Shown piece by piece: positions 1-8,679 of a DNA stretch of 64,000 nt. The notes beneath the pieces are model-generated. The model was given only the letters and a program-made list of their open reading frames with translations. It had not been told where the DNA came from and did no database searches. Both the position numbers and the translations under genes were made by a program. Source of the stretch: Deltaproteobacteria bacterium UBA5756 (GTDB lineage Bacteria > Desulfobacterota > Syntrophorhabdia > Syntrophorhabdales > Syntrophorhabdaceae); contig DIFE01000081.1 of assembly GCA_002418985.1 (NCBI GenBank), forward strand, positions 1,822-65,821. Direction: 5' to 3'. The stretch's first letter is position 1; the number at the start of each line of letters is the position of its first letter.

Positions 1-1611
1 CGCTTTCTGCCGCCCATGACGGAGCGGGAGCAGTTTGCCCCGCGGGCCCCTGGAAAGACGGGCAGTCCCGGGATACCGTCGTTGCGCGAAGTGACCGAAC
101 GGGCGTTGCTCCGACAGATCGTCTCGGCCGGCGCGCTCGTCAACGGCCAGGGCGACATCCTCTACCTGCATGGCCGTACCGGCCTGTACCTGGAGCCTAC
201 CCCGGGCGAGGCACGAGTCAACAACATCCTGAAGATGGCCCGCGAAGGGTTGCGGCATGAAGTGACCATGGCCTTGCGCAAGGCCGCGGGGACAAAAGGG
301 CTGGTCCGCCACCCGGGCCTGCGCGTCAAAACCAACGGCGAGTTTACGATGGTCAATCTGACGATCTGCCCGGTTGCAGAAGGCCCTGAGGCGACGCCTG
401 AGGCGCCCCTGTATCTGATCATCCTTGAGGAGGCGATGCCCTTCGACCACGGACAGGCGCACCGGGCTGCCGTCTTCCAGACCGGCGAAGGGGCGGCAGG
501 CCCCGATAATGCGGACGCCGACACGCGGATCGCGGCGCTCAAGGAGAAATTGCGGGCCAAGGAAGAACACCTCCAGGCCGCCAACGAGGAACTGGACACC
601 TCCAACGAAGAGCTCAAATCCTCGAACGAGGAGATGCAGTCGGTCAACGAGGAACTGCAATCCACCAACGAGGAACTCGAGACCTCCAAGGAGGAATTGC
701 AGTCGGTCAACGAGGAACTGGCCACGATCAACACTGAACTGCAAACCAAGGTGGCCGACCTGTCGCGGGCCAACAACGACATGAACAACCTGCTGGCAGG
801 CACGGGTATCGGTACCGTCTTCGTGGACCATCAGCTGCGCATCCTGCGCTTCACCCCCACCGCCACCCGGATTATCAACCTGATCCTGAGCGACGTGGGA
901 AGGCCCGTGGGCCACATCGTCTCCAACCTGGTGGGTTACGACCACCTGGTGGAGGACGTGCAGAAGGTGCTGGACACGCTTTTCCCCAAAGAGGTGGTGG
1001 TGCAGAGCCGCGCGGGGGCGTGGTACACGATGCACATCATGCCCTACCGGACGCTGGACAATGTGATCGAGGGCGCCGTGATCACCTTTGTTGACATTAC
1101 CGAAATGAGAAAGGTGCAGGCTGAGATCGGGGAGAACGGACCCGGCTTGCGGGAGCTTGCGGAGTCTCTGAAGCGAAGTGAAGCACTCCTTAGCGCCACG
1201 CAGCGAGTGGCCCGCGTTGGCAGTTGGGAGTGGGATATTGAAAAGCAAACCATGTTCTGGACAGAGGAGCTGTATCGCATCCATGATCTCGAACCGGGCG
1301 AACTCGTGCCCGGGACGCCGGAGCACATCGCCCCCGGCATGGAATGTTACCTGCCGGGGGACCGCCAACTGATCGTGGCTGCCTTTCAGAGGTGCGTGGA
1401 AAAAGGACAGCCGTACGATCTGGAGTTACGTTTCACCACCGCAAAGGGACGGCAGTTGTGGGTTCGCGCGCTCGCCGAGCCCGTATTGGAGAACGGAAAA
1501 GTGGTCCGGGTGGTCGGCGCCATCATGGACATCAGCGATAGCCGACCTCAAGACCTGGCAGATACTGGTGGGAAAGAAAAAGCGCCGGAAAACGATGGAA
1601 ATGCCCGATGA
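1..1611 (+). CDS. PAS-domain sensor of the CheB/CheR-fusion type, C-terminal part (5' end probably off-window)
   Basis: The frame is open from nt 1 (RFLPP precedes the first ATG at 16). It has eight consecutive NEEL/KEEL heptads followed by PAS-like segments (GIGTVFVDHQLRILRFTP; GSWEWDIEKQTMFWTEELYRIHD), the C-terminal architecture of CheB/CheR-PAS fusion proteins. The stop overlaps the next start (ATGA 1608-1611). Confidence 0.6.
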   Translation, partial: RFLPPMTEREQFAPRAPGKTGSPGIPSLREVTERALLRQIVSAGALVNGQGDILYLHGRTGLYLEPTPGEARVNNILKMAREGLRHEVTMALRKAAGTKGLVRHPGLRVKTNGEFTMVNLTICPVAEGPEATPEAPLYLIILEEAMPFDHGQAHRAAVFQTGEGAAGPDNADADTRIAALKEKLRAKEEHLQAANEELDTSNEELKSSNEEMQSVNEELQSTNEELETSKEELQSVNEELATINTELQTKVADLSRANNDMNNLLAGTGIGTVFVDHQLRILRFTPTATRIINLILSDVGRPVGHIVSNLVGYDHLVEDVQKVLDTLFPKEVVVQSRAGAWYTMHIMPYRTLDNVIEGAVITFVDITEMRKVQAEIGENGPGLRELAESLKRSEALLSATQRVARVGSWEWDIEKQTMFWTEELYRIHDLEPGELVPGTPEHIAPGMECYLPGDRQLIVAAFQRCVEKGQPYDLELRFTTAKGRQLWVRALAEPVLENGKVVRVVGAIMDISDSRPQDLADTGGKEKAPENDGNAR

Positions 1612-3449
1612 AAAAAGATGATAAAACATCCCGACAAACCGCCGAACTACGCAGGCGGGCCGAAGAGATCGCCCGGAGAAAGGTGGCCCAGCTGCCGGGA
1701 AACCTGGAGGCCCCGGGACCCGAAGAAACCCAGCAGATGCTCCATGAATTGCAGGTGCATCAGATCGAACTGGAGATGCAGAATGAGGAGTTGCGCCGGG
1801 TGCAGGCGGAACTGGAAGCTTCGCGGGTGCGCTATTTCGACCTCTACGACCGGGCTCCGGTAAGCTATTGCACACTCAGCGAAAAGGGGCTGATACTGGA
1901 GGCGAATCTCACCACCGTGTCCCTGCTGGGTGTCCCCCGGGGCAAGCTGGTCAGGCAGCCGATCACCCGGTTCATCCTTCCTGAGAATCAGGATATCTAC
2001 TATCTTCAACACAGACAGCTTCTGAAAACCGGCGAGGCACAGACGTGCGAATTGAGAATGGCACGAAAGGACGGCACCCAATTCTGGGCCCATATGGATG
2101 CTACCCTGGTGGAGGACGCTGACGGCTTGCCGGTGAGCCGGGTCGTGATCAGCGACATCACCGAACGCAAGCTGGCCGAGGAGGCGCTGGCGAGGGCTCA
2201 TGACGACCTCGAACTACGTGTTCATGAACGCACCGCCGAGCTGGCGCAGGCCTGTAACCAGTTCAGGACAGAGATCGTGGAGCGCGAACAGGCCGAAGAG
2301 CACCTCCGCCGGGTACAGAAAATTGAAGCGCTCGGCACTCTCGCGGGTGGCATAGCGCATGACTTCAACAACCTCCTGGCGGCCATCCTCGGCTTCACCG
2401 AGATGGCCATTGACGATGTTCCCGATAGACCTTCGGTGGAGAAGAACCTCAATATGGTCCTCAAGGCGGCGATGAGGGCCAGAAACCTCGTAAAGCAGAT
2501 CCTTTCCTTCAACCGGAAGAGCGCTCTCGCCAGAAGTCACGTGTCTCTTTCCCCGTTGGTGAAGGAGACAGTGCAGCTCTTGCGGGCTTCCATTCCCTCC
2601 ACGATCGAGATACAGATGGTTATCGGTGCGAGTTCGGATACCGTCCTTGCGACCGCGGATGAGGTGCATCAGATACTGATGAACCTTGCCACCAATGCTT
2701 CTATCGCCATGGAAGAGACTGGCGGGATCATGGAAATCAGCTTCGGCGACGCCGACTTCGTACCCGACTTGCCCATGCTGGCGCCGGATGTTGTGCCTCG
2801 TGAATACGTGGAGCTTGTGGTAAAAGACACAGGGACGGGCATGAGCCCCGAGGTAATGGAAAGAATCTTCGATCCCTTCTTCACCACGAGGGAAGTAGGG
2901 AAAGGCACAGGCATGGGCCTCGCCGTAGTCTACGGGATCGTCAGAAACCTCCAGGGCTTTATCACGGTGGAAAGCAGGCCGGGTATCGGTTCCACCTTTC
3001 GGGTATTGCTTCCCAAGGTAAAAAGTGAAGCGATTGAAGACCCGTTCGAGACCGTGCAGATCGTGGGAGGTACGGAGCACATCCTCTTTGTCGATGACGA
3101 GGAGTTGCTCGTGGATTGGGGCCGGGCTGCCCTTGAGCGTCTCGGCTATACCGTCACCGTCCTGACGGACCCCACGGAGGCCCTGAAAACCTTCTCTGCC
3201 GACCCCTCCCGCTTCCACCTCGTCATCACCGATCAGACCATGCCGAAGCTCACGGGCATAGGCCTTGCCAGGAAGATTCTTGCACTAAGGCCCGACATCC
3301 CCGTCATCCTCTGCACGGGGCACAGCGTCACCGTGTCACCCGAGAAGGTAAAGGAGGCAGGAATCAAAAAATTTCTCATGAAACCCGTGAGGAGGCAGGA
3401 ACTGGCAAGAGGGATCAGAATGGTGCTTGACTCAGGGGAGGAGCAATAA
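1608..3449 (+). CDS. PAS-domain hybrid sensor histidine kinase / response regulator
   Basis: N-terminal coiled coil plus PAS; H-box GGIAHDFNNLL; ATPase G-boxes KDTGTGM and GKGTGMGLAVVYGIV; C-terminal receiver (ILFVDDEE ... VITDQTMPKLTG). Confidence 0.85.
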   Translation: MKKDDKTSRQTAELRRRAEEIARRKVAQLPGNLEAPGPEETQQMLHELQVHQIELEMQNEELRRVQAELEASRVRYFDLYDRAPVSYCTLSEKGLILEANLTTVSLLGVPRGKLVRQPITRFILPENQDIYYLQHRQLLKTGEAQTCELRMARKDGTQFWAHMDATLVEDADGLPVSRVVISDITERKLAEEALARAHDDLELRVHERTAELAQACNQFRTEIVEREQAEEHLRRVQKIEALGTLAGGIAHDFNNLLAAILGFTEMAIDDVPDRPSVEKNLNMVLKAAMRARNLVKQILSFNRKSALARSHVSLSPLVKETVQLLRASIPSTIEIQMVIGASSDTVLATADEVHQILMNLATNASIAMEETGGIMEISFGDADFVPDLPMLAPDVVPREYVELVVKDTGTGMSPEVMERIFDPFFTTREVGKGTGMGLAVVYGIVRNLQGFITVESRPGIGSTFRVLLPKVKSEAIEDPFETVQIVGGTEHILFVDDEELLVDWGRAALERLGYTVTVLTDPTEALKTFSADPSRFHLVITDQTMPKLTGIGLARKILALRPDIPVILCTGHSVTVSPEKVKEAGIKKFLMKPVRRQELARGIRMVLDSGEEQ

Positions 3450-3674
3450 TCGCTGAAATCGACGGACAAGGTAGTTACAGCAATATAAATCCTTGCACCA
3501 TGTTTCGATTGGTAATCCGTCTGTGCCTGTTTCTAAGCAGCTATTTAGTAGTAGGTGCCATACGTAACATCTTCATGCTTCCCCTTATTCACGCCGCAAC
3601 CTTGAGATAAATTAAGATGACTTGATCAGGAATGAGTCGCCCAGCGCAAGAAATGTTTTGCCTCGCCCCAAATA

Positions 3675-3803
3675 CCTAAAATCAAACCCCTCTTGAAAAC
3701 ACCCCCAAAACTCCCTTAATTTTACCAACCGTAAGATTAGTCAGAAGTGACTTATAACATTATTCGGTACTTAGTTATCACACCCCCCTACACAATCTTG
3801 TAG
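3675..3803. repeat. Direct repeat copy A (left island boundary)
   Basis: cctaaaatcaaacccctcttgaaaacacccccaaaactcccttaattttaccaaccgtaagattagtcagaagtgacttataacattattcggtacttagttatcacacccccctacacaatcttgtag. It matches 13530-13657 apart from 2 substitutions, a 1-nt C-run indel and 1 terminal substitution. Confidence 0.9.
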
Positions 3804-3905
3804 CCGCGTGTTATAACTCAGGGGCAAGAAATGTTATAAGTCGGTCCTTGGAATCGCTTGATAGTGTCAAAAAAGGTTTGATTTCTCCAGCAGTACATAA
3901 GACGC

Positions 3906-6371
3906 TCAAGTCTTAAGATTGATAGTTGTTGTGCCACAATTGCAGCATAACACTTCCGGCTGACCTTTGCGTGGCAAGACATACAGATAAGACCTACAGG
4001 TCAGATTCGCACAGCGCATGTGCTCAAGAAGATCTTTGTATGCGTTGACCACTTCTTGAAATTCCTTCGTCTGTAGGTTTGCCCATTCATTAAAGTGAAC
4101 TGATGGGTTAATGGCCCACTGTTCCACATACGTCTTAGCAACCAGGTCCTTAGCCGTGGCCCGCATTGCTGCAAGCATAGTCTTGACTTCCCGAAGGTTC
4201 CATTTCGTGGCGGAGTCCTCACCATCCTCGAGTAATTTTCGCCACCGATTTAACGCTTGAGGCAGGAGGTCGGCGAGATCATGGTGACCGTCGCCCCTGA
4301 ATTCAATTCTAGCACGAAGATTATCGGCAAGGATGAAGGCTACGTATTCGAGGTAGCGGCGCAGCAGCCAAGCTGCTCGGGCCACATCGTCCTTGGCAAG
4401 TTCACCCTCGATTTCGGTCCAGATGTCCTGATCGTCCCAAACGCGCGGGCCGAAGTCGATGGTCCAACCACTGAATGACCGGCTCCTAGAAATCAGGTTT
4501 TCTGTCTTCATGTATTGGAGCCACACGCGGTCATGAGTTGTAAGAATGAATTGTGTATTAGGGAACTCTTTCTTGAGAAACCGGCAAACCTCCCGGCGGT
4601 GCCCGGTGTCAACTGACATGAGTACATCGTCTAGGACAGCGAAGGTGAATTTCTCTCCAAGCGTGTGTTTCATGAGAGCTAAATAAAGGCACAGCCCCAT
4701 GGCGTCCTGATGGCCTTCGCTGTGATAGGCGCCAGGTGGAAAGAGTCCGCGGCCATAGAAATCCACATCAAAACTGAGTTTGGCCGGTTCCGAGATAAGT
4801 CTGCCGTGAAACTTGTCCTCATCCTCATGATTGATCGTACCATAATACTTTACGAAGTCCTGCGCGACCTGATCGTAGATGCCTTCGAGAGTTGCCATAG
4901 CGGAAGTGTTGTAGTGGCTCACAACCTTCTGCGCGACATCACTCCGGGTCTTTTCCACCTCAGCCGTTTGTATTGCCCCCAGTAACCGCTCATAGCGATC
5001 CTGGGCGACGATCAGAGCATCGCGAGCCGCATCCTCGGCAGAGGTGTCAGGCAAAGCTTTCACAGCGGCTTGGCACCCGTCAACCTCCCTCTTCTGCTCC
5101 GCCCCTAGCGACCACCACGAGTTGGTTACGGCTTTGAGGGCTGGACTGACTTGGCTGTGATCTTCGAGGAATTCCTTGAGTGCCTTTTCTGCCTCCCTTA
5201 GTTTGTTGAGGTAAATACCAGTTTCAACGTGTGGTAAGACCGGTTGGAAGCTTTCACTATACTCGACAACCCGCTCCATCGCCCGAATGCGCCCCACCAA
5301 GGTTCCAAGTACGGTGTTAATGCTGCTTCGGAGCTGGTTGAGTAGTTTCTCGATATTCTCCGCGCTAAGGATCTTCTTGCGCAGGTGTTCGCGCAGTTCA
5401 TCTGCGTTCCACGGTCTATCGCAAAGTGGACAGGAGTCTTGTGTGACAAAGTCGAGGCCGGTCTTAACGAATTGGTACTGACGAGCTAGTGTCAACGCTT
5501 GCTCGTCCTCTTTGAGCTTTTCGAGGGCGCCTTTCACATCATTACGGCTGTCAACGAGTGTGGAGGGCTCCGTACCTTGAAGTGCAGTCTGCAAGGCTTC
5601 GAGATCGACCAGAGCCGAGGCCTTGCTCAGGACCGATTTCTGTTTTTGATCCTTGACTTCGGGTAAACCAGCTTTAAAAGACGTGTTCTTGGTCAGTTTT
5701 GTCAGAACGGGTAAGGAAAGAAGCTTGCGCTTCTCGTTCACTTTTGCCAAAACAAGTGCGTGCTCCAGCTTATCAACCTTCAGGACGGTTCTTAGCTCGG
5801 TCGCTGCCGTGATGCGATTTCGTTCTGCTTCATCCGCCTTGCTCTTTTGCTTGTTGTTAAATGTCGTGAAAGTCTTCCTCAGGCGTCCGATATGGTCGAG
5901 GCGAAGCAGCGTTTGAACATCGGTAGAGCGCTGACCAGGGGGTGTGATGATGTACTTGACAATCTCTCGGCGGGAGAGTGCAAACTCGGGATGGGTTTCC
6001 AACTCAGCGATAATATGTCTAACGGCTCCATCATCGGGCGTCACCGTGACGGTGCCGGGGTTCTTCACCGAGCGGTGAATAGTGATGGTCTTATTTAGCG
6101 AAGGAATATTGCAGGTCATGGTGACATTGGCGTCTTCCGGATGGGTACGTTGATCCACGTGTGGTGCGTGTAGTTTGACGCTCAGTCCTGCCGTGCCCTG
6201 CCCAGACAAGCGGGTTATGTCACCTGTAAGGCAGAATTCAATGGCGTCGACAACACCACTCTTGCCGGTACCGTTGGGACCACATATCCCAAAATTCTTG
6301 CCACCCAAGTCCAAGTCAAGGGTCCGAATACCACGGAACTCTGCGATGTGGAGGGTCTTAATGCGGATCAC
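3906..6371 (-). CDS. SMC/Rad50-like ABC ATPase with a coiled-coil zinc hook and a C-terminal Cys4 domain (RloC/AAA_13-like architecture); candidate defence protein
   Basis: GTG start overlaps the stop of the upstream 72-aa ORF (GTGA). Walker A GPNGTGKSG (aa 31-38); helical insert of roughly aa 165-520 with central CPLC (aa 314-317, nt 5421-5432); signature-like SEGHQ (551-555); Walker B FAVLDD (577-582); TTHD (611-614); ~200-aa C-terminal domain ending CANLTC...CCNCG. Confidence 0.7.
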   Translation of the reverse strand: MIRIKTLHIAEFRGIRTLDLDLGGKNFGICGPNGTGKSGVVDAIEFCLTGDITRLSGQGTAGLSVKLHAPHVDQRTHPEDANVTMTCNIPSLNKTITIHRSVKNPGTVTVTPDDGAVRHIIAELETHPEFALSRREIVKYIITPPGQRSTDVQTLLRLDHIGRLRKTFTTFNNKQKSKADEAERNRITAATELRTVLKVDKLEHALVLAKVNEKRKLLSLPVLTKLTKNTSFKAGLPEVKDQKQKSVLSKASALVDLEALQTALQGTEPSTLVDSRNDVKGALEKLKEDEQALTLARQYQFVKTGLDFVTQDSCPLCDRPWNADELREHLRKKILSAENIEKLLNQLRSSINTVLGTLVGRIRAMERVVEYSESFQPVLPHVETGIYLNKLREAEKALKEFLEDHSQVSPALKAVTNSWWSLGAEQKREVDGCQAAVKALPDTSAEDAARDALIVAQDRYERLLGAIQTAEVEKTRSDVAQKVVSHYNTSAMATLEGIYDQVAQDFVKYYGTINHEDEDKFHGRLISEPAKLSFDVDFYGRGLFPPGAYHSEGHQDAMGLCLYLALMKHTLGEKFTFAVLDDVLMSVDTGHRREVCRFLKKEFPNTQFILTTHDRVWLQYMKTENLISRSRSFSGWTIDFGPRVWDDQDIWTEIEGELAKDDVARAAWLLRRYLEYVAFILADNLRARIEFRGDGHHDLADLLPQALNRWRKLLEDGEDSATKWNLREVKTMLAAMRATAKDLVAKTYVEQWAINPSVHFNEWANLQTKEFQEVVNAYKDLLEHMRCANLTCRSYLYVLPRKGQPEVLCCNCGTTTINLKT

Positions 6372-6586
6372 TTTTGATCCTCCGGCGTCGATTCGAATAG
6401 CATTGCGATTACCTGCTCTGGCGTCTTCGGTATAAAACCTTTGCTCAGGAAACTGTATAGTCTGTCTATCCCATCATCTGAAATCGCAGGATCAGCTCGC
6501 ATCGCGGCAACAAACTGCTCCAGTACCTGAAGAACGGTCGGCGACATAACTACGTTACTGTTTTCCTCGGCCTTATCCTTAGCCAT
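6368..6586 (-). CDS. Small acidic hypothetical protein translationally coupled to the ATPase
   Basis: 72 aa with no recognisable motif. Its stop overlaps the ATPase GTG start, and its own ATG is overlapped by an upstream 46-aa ORF. Confidence 0.45.
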   Translation of the reverse strand: MAKDKAEENSNVVMSPTVLQVLEQFVAAMRADPAISDDGIDRLYSFLSKGFIPKTPEQVIAMLFESTPEDQK

Positions 6587-6719
6587 GTCTATTCCGTATG
6601 CCTGCGACGTAGTTTAGAATAGTTGGGTGGATCGGTATAGAGATTCTTTGTGCCTGTTGTTCTTCGACTCTTAACCCATAAACCCGTTGTTTCAACTTGC
6701 CGGAGCTGTTATCCTTCAT
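6579..6719 (-). CDS. Possible 46-aa leader ORF (below the ORF-track cutoff)
   Basis: Hand translation gives MKDNSSGKLKQRVYGLRVEEQQAQRISIPIHPTILNYVAGIRNRHG. RBS GGAG lies 7 nt upstream of the ATG at 6719. The stop TAA overlaps the start of the 72-aa ORF (ATGGCTAA). Confidence 0.2.
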   Translation of the reverse strand: MKDNSSGKLKQRVYGLRVEEQQAQRISIPIHPTILNYVAGIRNRHG

Positions 6720-6811
6720 CTGCTTGCTCCAAGTTTCATGATGGCGTTACTTTTATCGATTATTGCTTACTAATAGCATACATATTATTAACAATTACTC
6801 AAGAAAAGCTT

Positions 6812-6838
6812 TTATAGGATATTGGAATTACCCTATAA
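6812..6838 (-). terminator. Hairpin immediately after the Dam-like ORF stop (weak intrinsic terminator candidate)
   Basis: On the minus strand: TTATAGG-13 nt-CCTATAA followed by AAGCTTTTCTT. The stem is AT-rich, so stability is doubtful. Confidence 0.3.
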
Positions 6839-7519
6839 TTATGGGACATAGTTCCCAACCAACAATTCTGTCACCTTCTTTTGTTTGTTGGCCCCTGGCA
6901 TCTTATAGCTCGTCGTGACCTCCTCGATAGAATAATCTTTGAACAGTTCCCGGATCTCCCGGACGTCATTAATGGACACGATAAACCTCCCCTGAATCCC
7001 CGCCAGTACATCCCGAAGCCTCGCGAAGTCCTCTCGATTGAATATCCCCTCACCATAATCATTTTCATTCCCATAATAGGGTGGATCGATATAGAAAAAG
7101 GTCTCCGGCCGGTCAAACCGTTCGATAAGCTTTTGATAATGCATGTTCTCGATGTAGACCCGGGACAGGCGGAGATGAGCCTCAGAAAGTTCCTCTTCGA
7201 TCCTTAATAGATTTAATGATGACGGCCGAGTCGGGCCAATATTGAAAGTCTGCCCCACCACTTTGGCCCCGTATCCGGCCCTCAGAAGGTAGTAGAAACG
7301 CACCGCCCGCTGGATATCGGTGAGGGTATCCGGATTCTCGGCCTTAAACCGGGAGAATTCCTCCCTGGCAACGAGAATCCACTTGAGATAGCGGATAAAT
7401 TCCTCAAGATGGTGCTGGATAACCCGGTACAGCGTTACCAGGTCCTTGTTGATATCGTTAATGATCTCGACCTTTGATTCTTCCTTCTTGAACAACAGCC
7501 ATGCAGCCCCTGCAAACAC
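6839..7519 (-). CDS. D12-class N6-adenine DNA methyltransferase (Dam-like), catalytic portion; N-terminal segment missing from this frame
   Basis: DPPY motif (FYIDPPYYG). FxGxG-like FAGAAW sits at the very N-terminus, followed by NDINKDL. The N-terminal W-x-G-x-K segment that normally precedes motif I is absent from this frame (see finding). Confidence 0.75.
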   Translation of the reverse strand: MFAGAAWLLFKKEESKVEIINDINKDLVTLYRVIQHHLEEFIRYLKWILVAREEFSRFKAENPDTLTDIQRAVRFYYLLRAGYGAKVVGQTFNIGPTRPSSLNLLRIEEELSEAHLRLSRVYIENMHYQKLIERFDRPETFFYIDPPYYGNENDYGEGIFNREDFARLRDVLAGIQGRFIVSINDVREIRELFKDYSIEEVTTSYKMPGANKQKKVTELLVGNYVP

Positions 7520-7520
7520 C

Positions 7521-7874
7521 TCACAGTAGCAGGTATGTTTCGTAGTCGGCGCAGACCTGACAGAATGCGGCCACGATATCGATGGACATTCCCCATCGTT
7601 TGTTGCCGTTATGGTCTATGATGTCGCCCGCCAGATCACGGCTTTCCGCTGACCAATTGTCGAGGGTGCTTTTGGGAACCTCGATACCGGTCAGCTTGTA
7701 GATCCCCGAACAGATGTCGACCCTGTCCATGCCGGATTTCTTGATTGCTGTCGAGACGGCCTGGCGGACCCTGGCGCTGACGTTCAGGCTGCCGGGAGCA
7801 GGAGGTCTTTCCGGTTTCAGGTACTCGAAGAGTCCTCCCTGTCGACTGTCAATTTTCTGTTTAACTTTTGACAT
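7521..7874 (-). CDS. Hypothetical protein; probable N-terminal fragment of the frameshifted Dam-like methyltransferase
   Basis: RBS GAGG lies 6 nt upstream of the ATG. The C-terminus NGNKRWG-x19-ETYLLL resembles the SAM-binding N-terminal segment of Dam enzymes. The stop is 1 nt from the Dam-frame GTG. Confidence 0.45.
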   Translation of the reverse strand: MSKVKQKIDSRQGGLFEYLKPERPPAPGSLNVSARVRQAVSTAIKKSGMDRVDICSGIYKLTGIEVPKSTLDNWSAESRDLAGDIIDHNGNKRWGMSIDIVAAFCQVCADYETYLLL

Positions 7875-8027
7875 TGCAAACCTCGGTGCTGTTTGTTAGA
7901 ATCAAACCAGATTTGAAAATATGACGGGGGGAGTGGCTCTTGAGGAAAAAGGAAGAAGGGATACCTGATGAGGTTTTTGCCTTCGCCTTGCCGGTCAAAG
8001 AGAAGATGCGCAAGCTCATGGAACTCC

Positions 8028-8387
8028 TCATTCCTCTTCCCTGTTTTGAATACAGCATGAAAACCGGAGATTGTTCGGAATTTGAGTGTCCAACCGGAGA
8101 CGGTGAAGAGTCTCTTTGCAGAACCAGGAGACTCCTCGCTGAGCAACTGGCAGCCGCGATACAAATAAACAGATACGATCCGCTGCATCCCGAATATAAA
8201 AGGCTATCTCAGAAGGAGAAAACCCTGCTTCTGAAAGTTCACGAACTAAACGGCGGATATGTTCCTCCTCCTCACCTGATTCCACGAAGGGAAAAGGGGT
8301 AGAGGCGCATATGGCGGCCATACAGAGCATGCGATCTCGCAACATTAATGATCGCTCAGTCTGCATTGTTACTGGGTTGCATTTCAT
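8028..8387 (-). CDS. Hypothetical protein
   Basis: The ATG lies 9 nt after the stop of the upstream HTH gene, with RBS AGGAGAG. No motif recognised. It competes with plus-strand ORF 7940-8302. Confidence 0.4.
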   Translation of the reverse strand: MKCNPVTMQTERSLMLRDRMLCMAAICASTPFPFVESGEEEEHIRRLVRELSEAGFSPSEIAFYIRDAADRICLFVSRLPVAQRGVSWFCKETLHRLRLDTQIPNNLRFSCCIQNREEE

Positions 8388-8396
8388 GAGTCTCTC

Positions 8397-8618
8397 CTAT
8401 GCGGCCCGTTTTGGTTTTTCGTCCGGCCATAGATCTGACACCTGGACACCCAGGGAATCTGCGATCGCCTGGCGGATGTGCGGTGATACCTGTCTGCCGA
8501 TCATTACGTGGTACACGTTCTGGCGGGTACAGCCAATCTTGCGGGCTATTTCTGCGCCCGTTACATCTTTGTCAATCATAAGTTTCTGGATCTTCTTTTT
8601 GGTCTGGGTTGTTGCCAT
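8397..8618 (-). CDS. Small HTH DNA-binding protein (Ner/Cro-like)
   Basis: 73 aa with HTH VTGAEIARKIGCTRQNVYHVMIG. It is divergent from the CI-like repressor across a 61-bp spacer. Confidence 0.6.
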   Translation of the reverse strand: MATTQTKKKIQKLMIDKDVTGAEIARKIGCTRQNVYHVMIGRQVSPHIRQAIADSLGVQVSDLWPDEKPKRAA

Positions 8619-8679
8619 GGTTAGATTATTATATGCACGATGATGTGTTGTAAAGGAAAAATATGCAGCATAGTGCGTA

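Noticed and set aside
2214-3218. 334-aa minus-strand ORF
   Set aside because: It is antisense to the histidine-kinase gene, which has a clear H-box and G-boxes.
7940-8302. 120-aa plus-strand ORF in the island
   Set aside because: It competes with minus-strand ORF 8028-8387, which has a strong RBS (AGGAGAG) and sits 9 nt after the upstream HTH gene in the same operon direction. I kept the minus-strand ORF, but neither has a recognisable family.
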